Program-made: the position numbers and the translations under genes
Source: Spirochaetales bacterium
Lineage (GTDB): Bacteria; Spirochaetota; Spirochaetia; Treponematales; UBA12059
Direction of reading: 5' to 3'
Assembly: GCA_016928955.1 (NCBI GenBank)
Contig: JAFGJV010000010.1
Span: 1 to 64,000 of the forward strand
DNA length: 64,000 nucleotides
Part shown: one piece after another, positions 50,101 to 64,000 of the stretch
Layout of the letters: each line of letters begins with the position of its first letter
How positions within the stretch are numbered: the first letter of the stretch is position 1
Notes under the pieces: model-generated
The model's database searches: none
Told to the model about the DNA's origin: nothing
The model's input: only the letters and a program-made list of their open reading frames with translations

Positions 50101-52757
50101 GCCGATACCGGCCGGTTGGTCGTTTGCACGGAATCCTGGGCGTACACCCGGGAGGTCTGGTGGTACTCTATCCTGTCCCAGCTGATTTCTATCTTGGCGC
50201 CGGCCACGGGCGAGCCGTCCTTGTTGACCACGACCAAGGGAAGGCGCAGACGTTCGTTGGACTTGAGCACGCTCCGGACGGGCGGCAGGTGCCCGACGTA
50301 CAGCGTCGTCGAATCGACGACCTTGGACGCAAGGCCAACGTACGCCTGGTTGTCCACGTCCTGGACACGGACTTCCACCGTGTAGCGCACCCGTCCGGCC
50401 TCGGCCGAATGATGGGGATCGAATGCGACCACCGTTTTTCCCGAGCCGTCCAGGCGCCCGTCGCCTTGCAGGAAGGTGCCCGCCTCGTCAGAAGGCAGGG
50501 CCAGGCCGAACACGTACCCGGGATACCGGCTCAGGCTCAAGGGAGCGCTTTCCCGCGTGACGCGGTACCAGTACGCCCGGCCCTCAAGCGAGCCGCCGTG
50601 GTAGTACGCGGCGCTGACGCCCATGAGGGCGCGCGCGTCCAGTTTCCATTCACCCTGGGCTTCCAGCCGCACCATGAAACTCGGCACGCGGTATTCCTCC
50701 ACGCGGAACTCGCCCGTGGCCGTCCGGTCTCCGGCGCCCAGGGTCAGGGAATAGCGGCCAACATCGGCGTGCTGGCCGAGCTCCAGGGACGTATCCAGGG
50801 AACCGTACGCGTCCGCCTGGATGTCCTTGTCCAGGATGGTTTTTCCCCGCGGGTCCACCACTTTGACCGTGAACGGGCCCTTCCAGGCCAAGACATCCTG
50901 TCTGGCCACATATGCCTTGATCATGACCGACTCGGCTGGGCGGTACGCGCCCCGCTCGGTGTACACCAACGCGGACAGGTTGCTGGCATTCTTCTCAGGC
51001 CCAGCCAGGTTGAACTGCCAGGCCGACGAGAGTTCGTCGTCCCTGACCGACGCTATAGCGCTGTCGGCGCCCAGGCTGGCTACCACGTACAGCCTTTGGC
51101 CCCTGAGCGGCTCGGGAACCGATAGCGTGGCCAAGCCGTTCTTGTCCGAAACGCCCTTGCCTACTTCCTGTCCCGCGGTATTCAAAAGCCGGAGATCGGC
51201 CCCCGGCACGGGTTTGCCGTCTGCGAAGGACGCCACCCAGGCAAGGATGCCCGCGTCATGGACCTTGACAGTCACGCCCATGGCCGTGGAGTTGTAGAGC
51301 ACCGATGCCTTGGGCCCGCCTTCCACGGCCTCCGAACCCAAACCGCTTCCTTCTATTTCTACCAGGCGGAAACCGGGCGCGTTCTCCATGACGATGTCGC
51401 TCAGCTTGCGCTCGTTGGCCACGTAGCTGTCCAGTTTGTAGGTTTTCTGGGCGCTCAGCGCGCGCAGGCCGGCCGCTTGGGCGGAACGGACGCGGGATTC
51501 CAGCGCCTGTACGTAGGCTGAGGCAGAGGCAAAGGTGTAGGCCCGGACCGTCAGCTGACCCAGGTTGAGATATTTGAGTGGGACCGATCCGGACCTGGCC
51601 TCAACCGTGATGGGATAGGCGGGCGCCACCAGCTCCGGCGGAAGGTCCTGGGCCCGGAACGAGTAGTCCACGGCTCGGGCCAGCCTGTTGCCAAGGTAGT
51701 CTTCCAGACCGGCAGCCACGCGCAGGGAATACGACACGCCCGGTTTCAGGCTCAGCCTGATCAAGGCCTGGCCATACTCCCAGCCGTACACATCCATGGC
51801 CTCTGGCGCGGGCTTGATGGTCAGGGCCTTGCGGAACTGGTCCATGTCAAAGCCGCGGGATAGGGACACGCTGAGATCTGCAATGAGCGGCAAACGTCCC
51901 TGGGAAGCCAGCTTCCGTGGCGCTATGTCCTCAATCTCGAAATTCCTGGCTATGGTAAAGCTTCTGTCCACGCTGCCGGGCTGGGATCCGGGTTTGACGT
52001 TGCCCCAGTCGGGCAGGCTGATGACCACAGTCGAGCCGTCCGCGGGGAAACTGGTGATCTCCACAGCAAGCACGTTCTCTTCCGGGATAGAAACCCCGAA
52101 TACCTTGTCCAGGTCCTTGGGCGTGAATACCTTGAACGGCACGTCCTTGCCGTTCTGGAGTCGGACCTTGACGTATTTTCCAAGGGTTTTGACCGGTATG
52201 GCCTGGTCGTAGAGAAAATACGCGGGGCGGGCGCCAAGGGCGTCGTGCTCGTACAGATAGAGGGAGGATACCAGTCGGTACGCGCCTTTCTGCACGGCCC
52301 AGTCGGCAGATTTTCCGCCCCCGGAGAAATAGCCGAGATCCACCTCGAGGGTGGCCGGCGGCAACGCGTCGCCCTCTAGGCTGGAAAGCTCGGGCACGCT
52401 GACCGTGAATCGCTCACCCCCTACCCAACGCCCATCCACCGGGGCAAAGGACAGGGTGGATGAGTCGCGCCAGGTGAAGGTACCTTCAACCAAAGGCTCT
52501 ATGCCGATCTCGGGTATGAGCGCCGTGTCCAAAGGTGGCGACGCTACAGGCTCCGGCCAGCGCACCAACAGCGGCATGTCCTCGGACGCCGGAGCGACAA
52601 CCACGGTAGGGAGCGGGTCAGCGGGTCCGGACGACCCCAGCGTTTCGGTGCGCGCGCAGGAAACGGCGCCAGCCAGGACGCAGAGCGCGGCGGCTATGGC
52701 CGTGGTCCAGAATCCGGTGCCGCGTGGCTTTTTTTGCGTTTGGCCATGATTGTCCAT
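47142..52757 (-). CDS. Bacterial alpha-2-macroglobulin lipoprotein
   Basis: 1871 aa, lipobox AVSC, YTERGAYRP, FRVEEY, AVVDEAVL, thioester YPNGCIEQ (48594-48605), DKLPAGLE, EAMYE. Confidence 0.93.
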   Translation of the reverse strand: MDNHGQTQKKPRGTGFWTTAIAAALCVLAGAVSCARTETLGSSGPADPLPTVVVAPASEDMPLLVRWPEPVASPPLDTALIPEIGIEPLVEGTFTWRDSSTLSFAPVDGRWVGGERFTVSVPELSSLEGDALPPATLEVDLGYFSGGGKSADWAVQKGAYRLVSSLYLYEHDALGARPAYFLYDQAIPVKTLGKYVKVRLQNGKDVPFKVFTPKDLDKVFGVSIPEENVLAVEITSFPADGSTVVISLPDWGNVKPGSQPGSVDRSFTIARNFEIEDIAPRKLASQGRLPLIADLSVSLSRGFDMDQFRKALTIKPAPEAMDVYGWEYGQALIRLSLKPGVSYSLRVAAGLEDYLGNRLARAVDYSFRAQDLPPELVAPAYPITVEARSGSVPLKYLNLGQLTVRAYTFASASAYVQALESRVRSAQAAGLRALSAQKTYKLDSYVANERKLSDIVMENAPGFRLVEIEGSGLGSEAVEGGPKASVLYNSTAMGVTVKVHDAGILAWVASFADGKPVPGADLRLLNTAGQEVGKGVSDKNGLATLSVPEPLRGQRLYVVASLGADSAIASVRDDELSSAWQFNLAGPEKNASNLSALVYTERGAYRPAESVMIKAYVARQDVLAWKGPFTVKVVDPRGKTILDKDIQADAYGSLDTSLELGQHADVGRYSLTLGAGDRTATGEFRVEEYRVPSFMVRLEAQGEWKLDARALMGVSAAYYHGGSLEGRAYWYRVTRESAPLSLSRYPGYVFGLALPSDEAGTFLQGDGRLDGSGKTVVAFDPHHSAEAGRVRYTVEVRVQDVDNQAYVGLASKVVDSTTLYVGHLPPVRSVLKSNERLRLPLVVVNKDGSPVAGAKIEISWDRIEYHQTSRVYAQDSVQTTNRPVSAASGTATLTSKDVPVAWNYLPPTAGVYKVRASVRDPATGAYASTETVVTVGGDETAGWPRFDMERIDVVRDKDSYVSGDTARLVVESPYDTAVGLLCIERDRVLEAKLISFDGDTPVIELPIKDHYAPNVYVSVVIVRGRAHFQKDALGYETGAPGFKLGYVELPVSPESKRLSAEFTGLKDVYQPGSRIRLPVTIKDAAGRPVQAQFAVAVVDEAVLALTGYRTPDPLPPLYKPAGLSVRTAASWLDLPHSRRERFEAIFPGGGGGDDPAASRSDLDAALRRLFKSTAYWNPAVKTDSAGRATLEFTVPDNITSYRIMVTAADGKGSYGNGQASFTSDKPLSILPVSPRFSYPGDEFDAGVILYNKTGADAAVSVKAVFEGVGLVSGQAARVVQVKAGTSATVLYRVKAGTVPCSAKLRFSASAGGASDAAEFALPVLDPGVLKTEVLSFTGSGSSSYQVTLPQGRVPGTLELEVALSSTPLSELKDAVQYLIQYPNGCIEQTTSTAYPLVVLKDLIPAIGVDVDMAKLKEFSEAGIKRILAFQTSAGGLSYWPGSDQPHAFATAFGLTALIEAKKQGYDVPDASLERMADYLEAALREGKISGEMPHGSVPDGDTRALFVMTLGRLGRPQPQYVQTLWRERKNLTPFGVSFLAIAVRESPQLDQSLLEPMLAYLREESKTDAKEAWYEGGRAGGYSMDSPLRSHGSALIAYAMAAKDDELTSKLLAGLLARRQEGYGIWGNTQENVFGIMGVYELVKTGASGASFSPSIQIGSFKLGSAQMESADRRIKIARIRESDLGSAAQGSSLTLKISGMPAASFVTVRVGYRVPIDKAIEEPTSSGFTYTRVYETLDGSPLDLNAIPAGSLVRVRLFVKNPEHRNYVAIDDKLPAGLEAQNAALATTGSLDMGELSPAALRARSVLSYQEIRDARVAFFVDDMLPGEYEFVYLARATVAGTFLRPAGRVEAMYETDVNATTGADIVTVQ

Positions 52758-53029
52758 TTTTGGGTCCTTCTATGGTTTTTTGCAGGATGCTGAAGCTTCC
52801 ATTTTATTCAGCATCCTGTTTGGCACGGCGCGTTTTATGATGTCCACGGTGCCCGTCGCTACCGGTCGGGTACAAACTGGGCGTTCCGGGAACAGGTGCG
52901 CCTAAAACACCGCTTAGTCCGGGCCGAGAAAGCCCCGCACGGAACACTATACCTCGAAGCACGCACTTTTCCCAACGGCCGCTATGCGGCACCTTAAAAT
53001 CCCTTCCTTGCGCTATCCGCGAAGGCTGC

Positions 53030-53059
53030 AAAAAAAAGGCCGCCCCGAAGGGCGGCCTT
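53030..53059 (-). terminator. Intrinsic terminator after tuf
   Basis: GGCCGCCC-TTCG-GGGCGGCC followed by T8. Confidence 0.9.
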
Positions 53060-53080
53060 AGGTTTCAGATCGGGGCTAGC

Positions 53081-54271
<1,191 letters not shown>

Positions 54272-54329
54272 CCGAATCCTCCTACCTGGTTCTCGGGACG
54301 GGAGACCTGCGCTCAGCGCGAGTCTCCGC

Positions 54330-54359
54330 ATTATACGTGCTAAACGTTCCCCGAATCAA
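54330..54359 (-). promoter_or_regulatory. Internal promoter for tuf
   Basis: TTGATT-18 nt-TATAAT in the rpsG-tuf spacer. Confidence 0.6.
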
Positions 54360-54399
54360 GGGGAACGCGCTCCGGCCGTGGACGGCCGGCCGGAAAGCC

Positions 54400-54870
54400 T
54401 TACCAGCGATAGTGCGCAAAGGCCTTGTTGGCCTCCGCCATGCGGTGCGTGTCCTCACGCTTCTTGACCGCGGTGCCGGTGTTGTTGAACGCGTCCGACA
54501 GCTCGGCCGCCAGGCGGTCCGCCATGGACTTGCCCGAGCGGTTGCGCGAGGCCGTGATGAGCCAGCGCATGGCCAGCGCTTCGCGGCGGGCGTCGCGTAT
54601 CTCGATTGGCACCTGGTAGGTGGCGCCGCCCACGCGGCGGGACTTCACCTCCACTACGGGCTTTACGTTGTCCATTGCCTTCATGAACGCCTCAAGGGCC
54701 GGGGCTCCGGATTTTTCCTGGAGCTTGGCCATGGCGTCATACATGATGGACGTACAGGTGGACTTCTTGCCCTCCCACATCATCCGGCAGATGAATTTGG
54801 TAAGTATTACGCTGTTGTACCGAGCGTCGGGCTGGTGGCCGCGATCGACGGACTTCTTTTTGCGTCCCAT
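54400..54870 (-). CDS. rpsG: 30S ribosomal protein S7
   Basis: [30 protein letters not shown]. Confidence 0.98.
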   Translation of the reverse strand: MGRKKKSVDRGHQPDARYNSVILTKFICRMMWEGKKSTCTSIMYDAMAKLQEKSGAPALEAFMKAMDNVKPVVEVKSRRVGGATYQVPIEIRDARREALAMRWLITASRNRSGKSMADRLAAELSDAFNNTGTAVKKREDTHRMAEANKAFAHYRW

Positions 54871-54882
54871 CTCTCCGCCCCC

Positions 54883-55257
54883 TTACGCCTTAGGCCGCTT
54901 GGCGCCGTACTTGGAACGGGCCTGCTTGCGGTCCGCCACGCCGAGGGTATCCTTGGCGCCGCGTATGATATGGTAGCGAACGCCCGGAAGATCCTTGACG
55001 CGTCCGCCTCGGATGAGGACCACCGAGTGCTCCTGGAGGTTGTGACCAATGCCGGGAATGTACGCGGTGACCTCCACGCCGTGGGACAGGCGAACGCGGG
55101 CCACCTTGCGGAGGGCCGAATTCGGCTTTTTGGGCGTGACCGTCATGACGCGGGTACAGACACCGCGCTTCTGCGGGCATTCGTCGAGCGCCGGGCTCTT
55201 GGTCTTCCAGTGGGACTGCTTTCGCCCCATCCGGATAAGCTGGTTGATCGTAGGCAT
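54883..55257 (-). CDS. rpsL: 30S ribosomal protein S12
   Basis: [28 protein letters not shown]. Confidence 0.99.
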   Translation of the reverse strand: MPTINQLIRMGRKQSHWKTKSPALDECPQKRGVCTRVMTVTPKKPNSALRKVARVRLSHGVEVTAYIPGIGHNLQEHSVVLIRGGRVKDLPGVRYHIIRGAKDTLGVADRKQARSKYGAKRPKA

Positions 55258-55357
55258 GAAACCTTCGTCTCCTGGTTGTGCCGAACCTCAGCATGGTCCG
55301 ACGTTCTTTTGGTACACGAGAAACCGTAAAACGGCGCCGGTGGCGCGCCGGTTGAGA

Positions 55358-55387
55358 ACAATAGAATTTATCGCAAGTCCTTGTCAA
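55358..55387 (-). promoter_or_regulatory. sigma70-type promoter of rpsL-rpsG-tuf
   Basis: TTGACA-18 nt-TATTGT. Confidence 0.6.
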
Positions 55388-55442
55388 TCCGTCCGCGCGG
55401 CACCTCCTCAGGACGGGTCGTCCTGGGAGGGTGCCGCCCGGG

Positions 55443-59810
<4,368 letters not shown>

Positions 59811-59851
59811 GCGGTCTCCCCTTTAACTCGGGTCATCTGCGAAAGAATGGG

Positions 59852-59970
59852 AACCACGGAGGCGCGGAGGCGCGGAGGCGCGAAGCGAGGAATAGAAGAT
59901 TTGTAGGCACAGTCTTGCACTTCATCTATCCGCACTACTCTTTTCTCCGTGTCTCAGTGTCTCCGTGGTT
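59852..59970. repeat. Inverted repeat built from tandem octamers in the rpoB-rpoC spacer
   Basis: Left AACCACGGAG-GCGCGGAG-GCGCGGAG-GCGCGAAG; right CTCCGTGT-CTCAGTGT-CTCCGTGG-TT. Confidence 0.8.
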
Positions 59971-59977
59971 GTTTTAC

Positions 59978-62900
59978 CTAAAAGTTCGAGCCCTGCTTGC
60001 TGATCAGCTCCTCGTCGCGCTCGGTCAGCGGGATGGGCTTATTCTTGGCGTCGAAAATCCTCATGTCCAGGCCAAGGCCCCGGAGCTCCTGCACCATCAC
60101 GTTGAAGGCCTCGGGGATACCGGCCGCCGTGTGCGGCTCGCCCTTGACGATGGCCTCGTACACCTTGGCGCGGCCGGTCATGTCGTCCGACTTGATGGTC
60201 AGAAGCTCCTGCAGGGTATTGGCTGCGCCGTACGCCTCCAGGGCCCACACTTCCATTTCGCCAAGGCGCTGGCCGCCGAACTGGGCCTTTCCGCCGAGCG
60301 GCTGCTGGGTGACCAGCGAGTAGGGGCCGGTGGAGCGCGCGTGCATCTTGTCGTCCACCAGGTGGTGCAGCTTCATGAAGTATATGATGCCCACCGTGAC
60401 CGGGTTCTGGAAATGCTCGCCCGTGCGGCCGTCGCGCACCGGGGTCTTGCACGACCCGGGCAGGCCCGCCTGCTTGAGCTTCTTCTCTATCTGTTCCTGG
60501 TCCGGGCTCTGGAACACCGGCGAGCTGAACCACTCGTCCAGGGTGGTGGCGGCCCAGCCAAGCTCGGTCTCCATGATCTGGCCGATGTTCATGCGGGAGG
60601 GCACGCCCAGCGGGTTGAGGCATATGTCCAGCGGGGTGCCGTCGTCCAGGTAGGGCATGTCCTCCATGGGGAGGACGCGGGCGACGATGCCCTTGTTGCC
60701 GTGGCGGCCGGCCATCTTGTCGCCTTCCTTGAGCTTGCGCTTGGCGGCGATGAGGACCTTGACCACTTCCTCCACGCCGGGAGACAGGTCGTCGTTGGCC
60801 GAGCGCTTGAGCCTCTGCACGTCTATGACCGTGCCCTCTATGCCGTGCGGCACGCGGAGGGACGTGTCGCGCACGTCCTTGGCCTTCTCGCCGAAGATTG
60901 AGTTCAGGAGCTTGAATTCGGGCGTGGTCTCGGTCTCGCTCTTAGGCGTGACCTTGCCCACCAGGATGTCGCCGGCGTTGACCTTGGCGCCGATCATGAT
61001 GATGCCTTCCGAGTCCAGGCTGTCCAGGCTCTTCTCGCTGGTGTTGGGTATGTCCCGGGTGATGCGCTCGGGGCCCAGCTTGGTCTCACGCACCTCGGTC
61101 TGGAATTCCTTGATGTGCACCGAGGTAAACAGGTCGTCGCGCACCACGCGCTCGGAAATGAGGATGGCGTCCTCGTAGTTGTAGCCGTTCCAGGGCACAA
61201 AGCCGGCCAGGATGTTGCGGCCCAGGGCCAGCTCTCCGTCCTTGGTGGCCGGGCCGTCTGCTATCACCTGGCCCTTGAGGATCTTCTCGCCGTGCTTGAC
61301 GATGGGCCGCTGGTTGTAGCAGGTATCCTGGTTGGTCCGCTGGTACTTGATGAGCAGGTACTCGTCGCGTGCGTGCTTGTCCTCGTCGGGCTTGATGACC
61401 ACGCGGAAGGCATCCACGTAATCCACGGTGCCGGAACGCTTGGCCTTGATGAGCACGCCCGAGTCGTACGCCGTCTTCAGTTCCATGCCGGTACCCACTC
61501 GCGGCGGGTCGGTAAAGAGGAGGGGCACGGCCTGCCTCTGCATGTTCGAGCCCATGAGGGCGCGGTTGGCGTCGTCATGCTCCAGGAAGGGAATGAGGGC
61601 GGCCGATACGGAGATGATCTGCTTGGGCGACACGTCCATGTACTGGATTTCCTTGGGCCCGCGGGTGGTGTAGTCGCCCTGGTGCCTGACGGAAACCTGC
61701 TCTTCCTGGAAATGGCCCTTGCCGTCTATGCGGGCGCTGGCCTGCGCTATGTAGTAGCGGTCCTCGTCCATGGCGGACAGGAACTCGATGTCGTCAGTGA
61801 CGCGGCCGTTGACTACTTTGCGGTACGGCGTCTCGAGGAAACCGTACTCGTTGACCGTGGTGTATGTGGCCAGCGACACGATAAGGCCGATGTTCGGGCC
61901 TTCCGGCGTCTCGATGGGGCACATGCGACCATAGTGGGTGTAGTGGACGTCGCGCACCTCGAAGCCGGCCCGATCGCGGGACAGGCCGCCCGGGCCCAGG
62001 GCGTTGAGGCGACGCTTGTGGGTGAGCTCGGCCAGCGGGTTGACCTGGTCCATGAACTGCGACAGCTGGCTGGACCCGAAGAATTCCTTGATGGCCGCGA
62101 CCACCGGCTTGATGGATATGAGGTCCTGGGGCCGGATTGTGTCCGTCTCCTTGAGGCTCATGCGCTCCTTGGCGATGCGCTCCATGCGGCCGAAGGCGCT
62201 CTTCATCACGTTGGACAGGAGCTCGCCCACCGAGCGTACGCGGCGGTTGCCGAGGTGGTCGATGTCGTCCAGGTTGTTCTCGCCGTAGTACACGGTCATC
62301 AGGTACTTCATGGTGGCGATGATGTCGTCGCGGGTGAGGGTAAAGTCCTCGACCGGAGCCGCGTAGCCGAATTTCTTGTTCAGCTTGTAGCGGCCCACCT
62401 TTCCGAGATCGTAGCGGCGGTTGGAGAAGAACAGCGAGTGAAGGTCGCGCTCGGCGTTCTCCACCGTGATGGGCTCGCCGGGCATGAGGGTCGCGTACAC
62501 GGCAGCCAGGGCGTCGGCCTTGGTGGGCTCGTCCTGGTCGGGATCTTCCTTGACCAGCTTGATGTCCTCGCGCTCAAGGCAGTTGAGGATCATATTCCAG
62601 TGCAGTCCGTCCTTGTGCTCAAAGTCCACCACGTCTATGGCCTTGACGCCCAGGGTGACCAGTTCGTCCACGTCATGCAGGTGGATCTTGTCGCCGGCGC
62701 GGAACACGCGTTTTTTCTCGCCGTCCTGCTCCACGTACACGCTCTTGGCAAGCACGCGGTTGACGGCGCGTTCCCGGTCGTCGCGCTTGTCGGACAGGGG
62801 CAGGTGCTCGGTCTTGTGGAAGGCGGCAATGATGTCTTCCCTGGTTTCCAGGCCGATGGAACGCAGGAACATGCTGCCCAGGATGCGCTTTTTGCGGTCG

Positions 62901-63475
62901 ATCTTGGCGTAGATCAGCTCTTTCTTCTGGTCGATCTCGAATTCCAGCCAGGAGCCGCGGTAGGGGATGATCCGGGCGGAGTACACGCCCTTCTCGTGGC
63001 AGAAAATGACGCCAGGAGAACGGTGGATCTGCGACACCACCACACGCTCGGCCCCGTTTATGATGAAGGTGCCGCGGTCGGTCATCAGCGGGACATCGCC
63101 CAGGTAGATGTCTTTCTGGCGGATCTCTCCGGTCTTCTGGAAAACCAGGTTGATGCGCGCCTTCAGGGGTACCGCGTAGGTAAGGCCCTTCTGCTTGCAG
63201 TCAAATTCCGAGTACTTGATGGCGCCCTCGTCCAGGGTATAGTGGTCGCCGTACTCGAGGATCATGTCGCCGTTGGGGCTCTCGATGGGAAAGGTTGTGC
63301 GGAACACTTCCTCGAGCCCGTACGGGTCGGGGGCGTGGCCCTGGGCCAGCCTTGAGCGCTGGAGAAAGCGCTCGTAGCTCGACACCTGGATGTCTATGAG
63401 GTCGGGAAGCTCTATGGCTTCCTTATAATCCTTGCCGACGTAGGTCCGGGAGATCTTGTGTTCTGTGTAGGCCAT
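59978..63475 (-). CDS. rpoB: RNA polymerase beta subunit
   Basis: [39 protein letters not shown]. Confidence 0.99.
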   Translation of the reverse strand: MAYTEHKISRTYVGKDYKEAIELPDLIDIQVSSYERFLQRSRLAQGHAPDPYGLEEVFRTTFPIESPNGDMILEYGDHYTLDEGAIKYSEFDCKQKGLTYAVPLKARINLVFQKTGEIRQKDIYLGDVPLMTDRGTFIINGAERVVVSQIHRSPGVIFCHEKGVYSARIIPYRGSWLEFEIDQKKELIYAKIDRKKRILGSMFLRSIGLETREDIIAAFHKTEHLPLSDKRDDRERAVNRVLAKSVYVEQDGEKKRVFRAGDKIHLHDVDELVTLGVKAIDVVDFEHKDGLHWNMILNCLEREDIKLVKEDPDQDEPTKADALAAVYATLMPGEPITVENAERDLHSLFFSNRRYDLGKVGRYKLNKKFGYAAPVEDFTLTRDDIIATMKYLMTVYYGENNLDDIDHLGNRRVRSVGELLSNVMKSAFGRMERIAKERMSLKETDTIRPQDLISIKPVVAAIKEFFGSSQLSQFMDQVNPLAELTHKRRLNALGPGGLSRDRAGFEVRDVHYTHYGRMCPIETPEGPNIGLIVSLATYTTVNEYGFLETPYRKVVNGRVTDDIEFLSAMDEDRYYIAQASARIDGKGHFQEEQVSVRHQGDYTTRGPKEIQYMDVSPKQIISVSAALIPFLEHDDANRALMGSNMQRQAVPLLFTDPPRVGTGMELKTAYDSGVLIKAKRSGTVDYVDAFRVVIKPDEDKHARDEYLLIKYQRTNQDTCYNQRPIVKHGEKILKGQVIADGPATKDGELALGRNILAGFVPWNGYNYEDAILISERVVRDDLFTSVHIKEFQTEVRETKLGPERITRDIPNTSEKSLDSLDSEGIIMIGAKVNAGDILVGKVTPKSETETTPEFKLLNSIFGEKAKDVRDTSLRVPHGIEGTVIDVQRLKRSANDDLSPGVEEVVKVLIAAKRKLKEGDKMAGRHGNKGIVARVLPMEDMPYLDDGTPLDICLNPLGVPSRMNIGQIMETELGWAATTLDEWFSSPVFQSPDQEQIEKKLKQAGLPGSCKTPVRDGRTGEHFQNPVTVGIIYFMKLHHLVDDKMHARSTGPYSLVTQQPLGGKAQFGGQRLGEMEVWALEAYGAANTLQELLTIKSDDMTGRAKVYEAIVKGEPHTAAGIPEAFNVMVQELRGLGLDMRIFDAKNKPIPLTERDEELISKQGSNF

Positions 63476-63818
63476 CGCTACCCCCTATGCTGGATCCGTC
63501 CGTTTTTACCTTGCCACCCGGCGGCCGCTGCGTACCCGCTTGGCCGTCGGCTTTACTCTGTGCAATGGCGCCCGTGCGCCCGCTACCAGGCTGCCGAAAA
63601 ACGCAGGGTTTATCGGTAGCCTGCTAGGCAATCCCGCGAGAACCGTCCCGGTTCCGCCCGATTGCGGCACCGGATCAAGAGGCCGTCCGCTCACGGTCCC
63701 CTGAACCAAAGCCCGTCAAAGCGCGAAAAGGCGCCGGACGCGGCTTCGCGCCCGGCACCCCGCCCCGGCGGAGCGCGCCGGAGCCTTGAGCGGAACAAGC
63801 TGAAAATCGATCAAATCC

Positions 63819-64000
63819 TTACTTCACCTCGACGGCGCCGCCGGCATCGGCGATCGCCTTCTTGATCTTCTCGGCTTCGTCCTTGGGAATGCCCTCCTTG
63901 AGGGGCTTGTCGCCGGCCTCGACCAGGTCCTTGGCCTCTTTGAGACCCAGTCCGGTGATGGTGCGGACTTCCTTGATGACCGCGATCTTCTTGTCGGCGG
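63819..64000 (-). CDS. rplL: 50S ribosomal protein L7/L12 (C-terminal part, truncated by window edge)
   Basis: Manual translation ...[27 protein letters not shown]...GGAVEVK-stop. Confidence 0.96.
   Translation of the reverse strand, partial: ADKKIAVIKEVRTITGLGLKEAKDLVEAGDKPLKEGIPKDEAEKIKKAIADAGGAVEVK

Noticed and set aside
54883..55257. Streptomycin-resistance substitutions in S12
   Set aside because: PKKPNS and RVKDLPG motifs are wild type.
61115..63355. 746-aa plus-strand ORF and similar long ORFs opposite rpoB, rpoC and tuf
   Set aside because: Antisense shadows of highly conserved genes.

Overview
High-GC bacterial chromosome segment, very likely a spirochaete (RpoB carries Asn at the rifampicin-pocket Ser531-equivalent, secY is followed directly by rpmJ, and there are several spirochaete-style lipoproteins). 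The right two thirds is core transcription/translation machinery on the minus strand: rplL (partial)-rpoB-rpoC-rpsL-rpsG-tuf with no fusA, then a ~16 kb envelope/transport block (alpha-2-macroglobulin, pbpC, SH3 lipoprotein, ugpBAE, REC-PAS regulator, glyoxalase, lipoprotein, lipocalin), then the S10-spc-alpha ribosomal protein cluster, which ends in a small Zn-ribbon ORF missing from the ORF track. The left third holds a low-GC islet (probable IS256-family end plus a repeat-containing FGE-sulfatase/C-type-lectin lipoprotein), a TrmH-family methylase, carD-ispD-ispF, a divergent pair of apparently catalytically dead carbohydrate-enzyme homologues coupled to a DMT transporter, mazG, potABCD, a gluzincin-like protein, pruA, a LarA-family epimerase, a pgl-like gene and rarD. 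Non-coding highlights are several palindromic repeat families, an octamer-based inverted repeat between rpoB and rpoC, and several apparently leaderless genes. No rRNA, tRNA or CRISPR array was recognised. All calls come from reading the sequence by eye; no searches were run.
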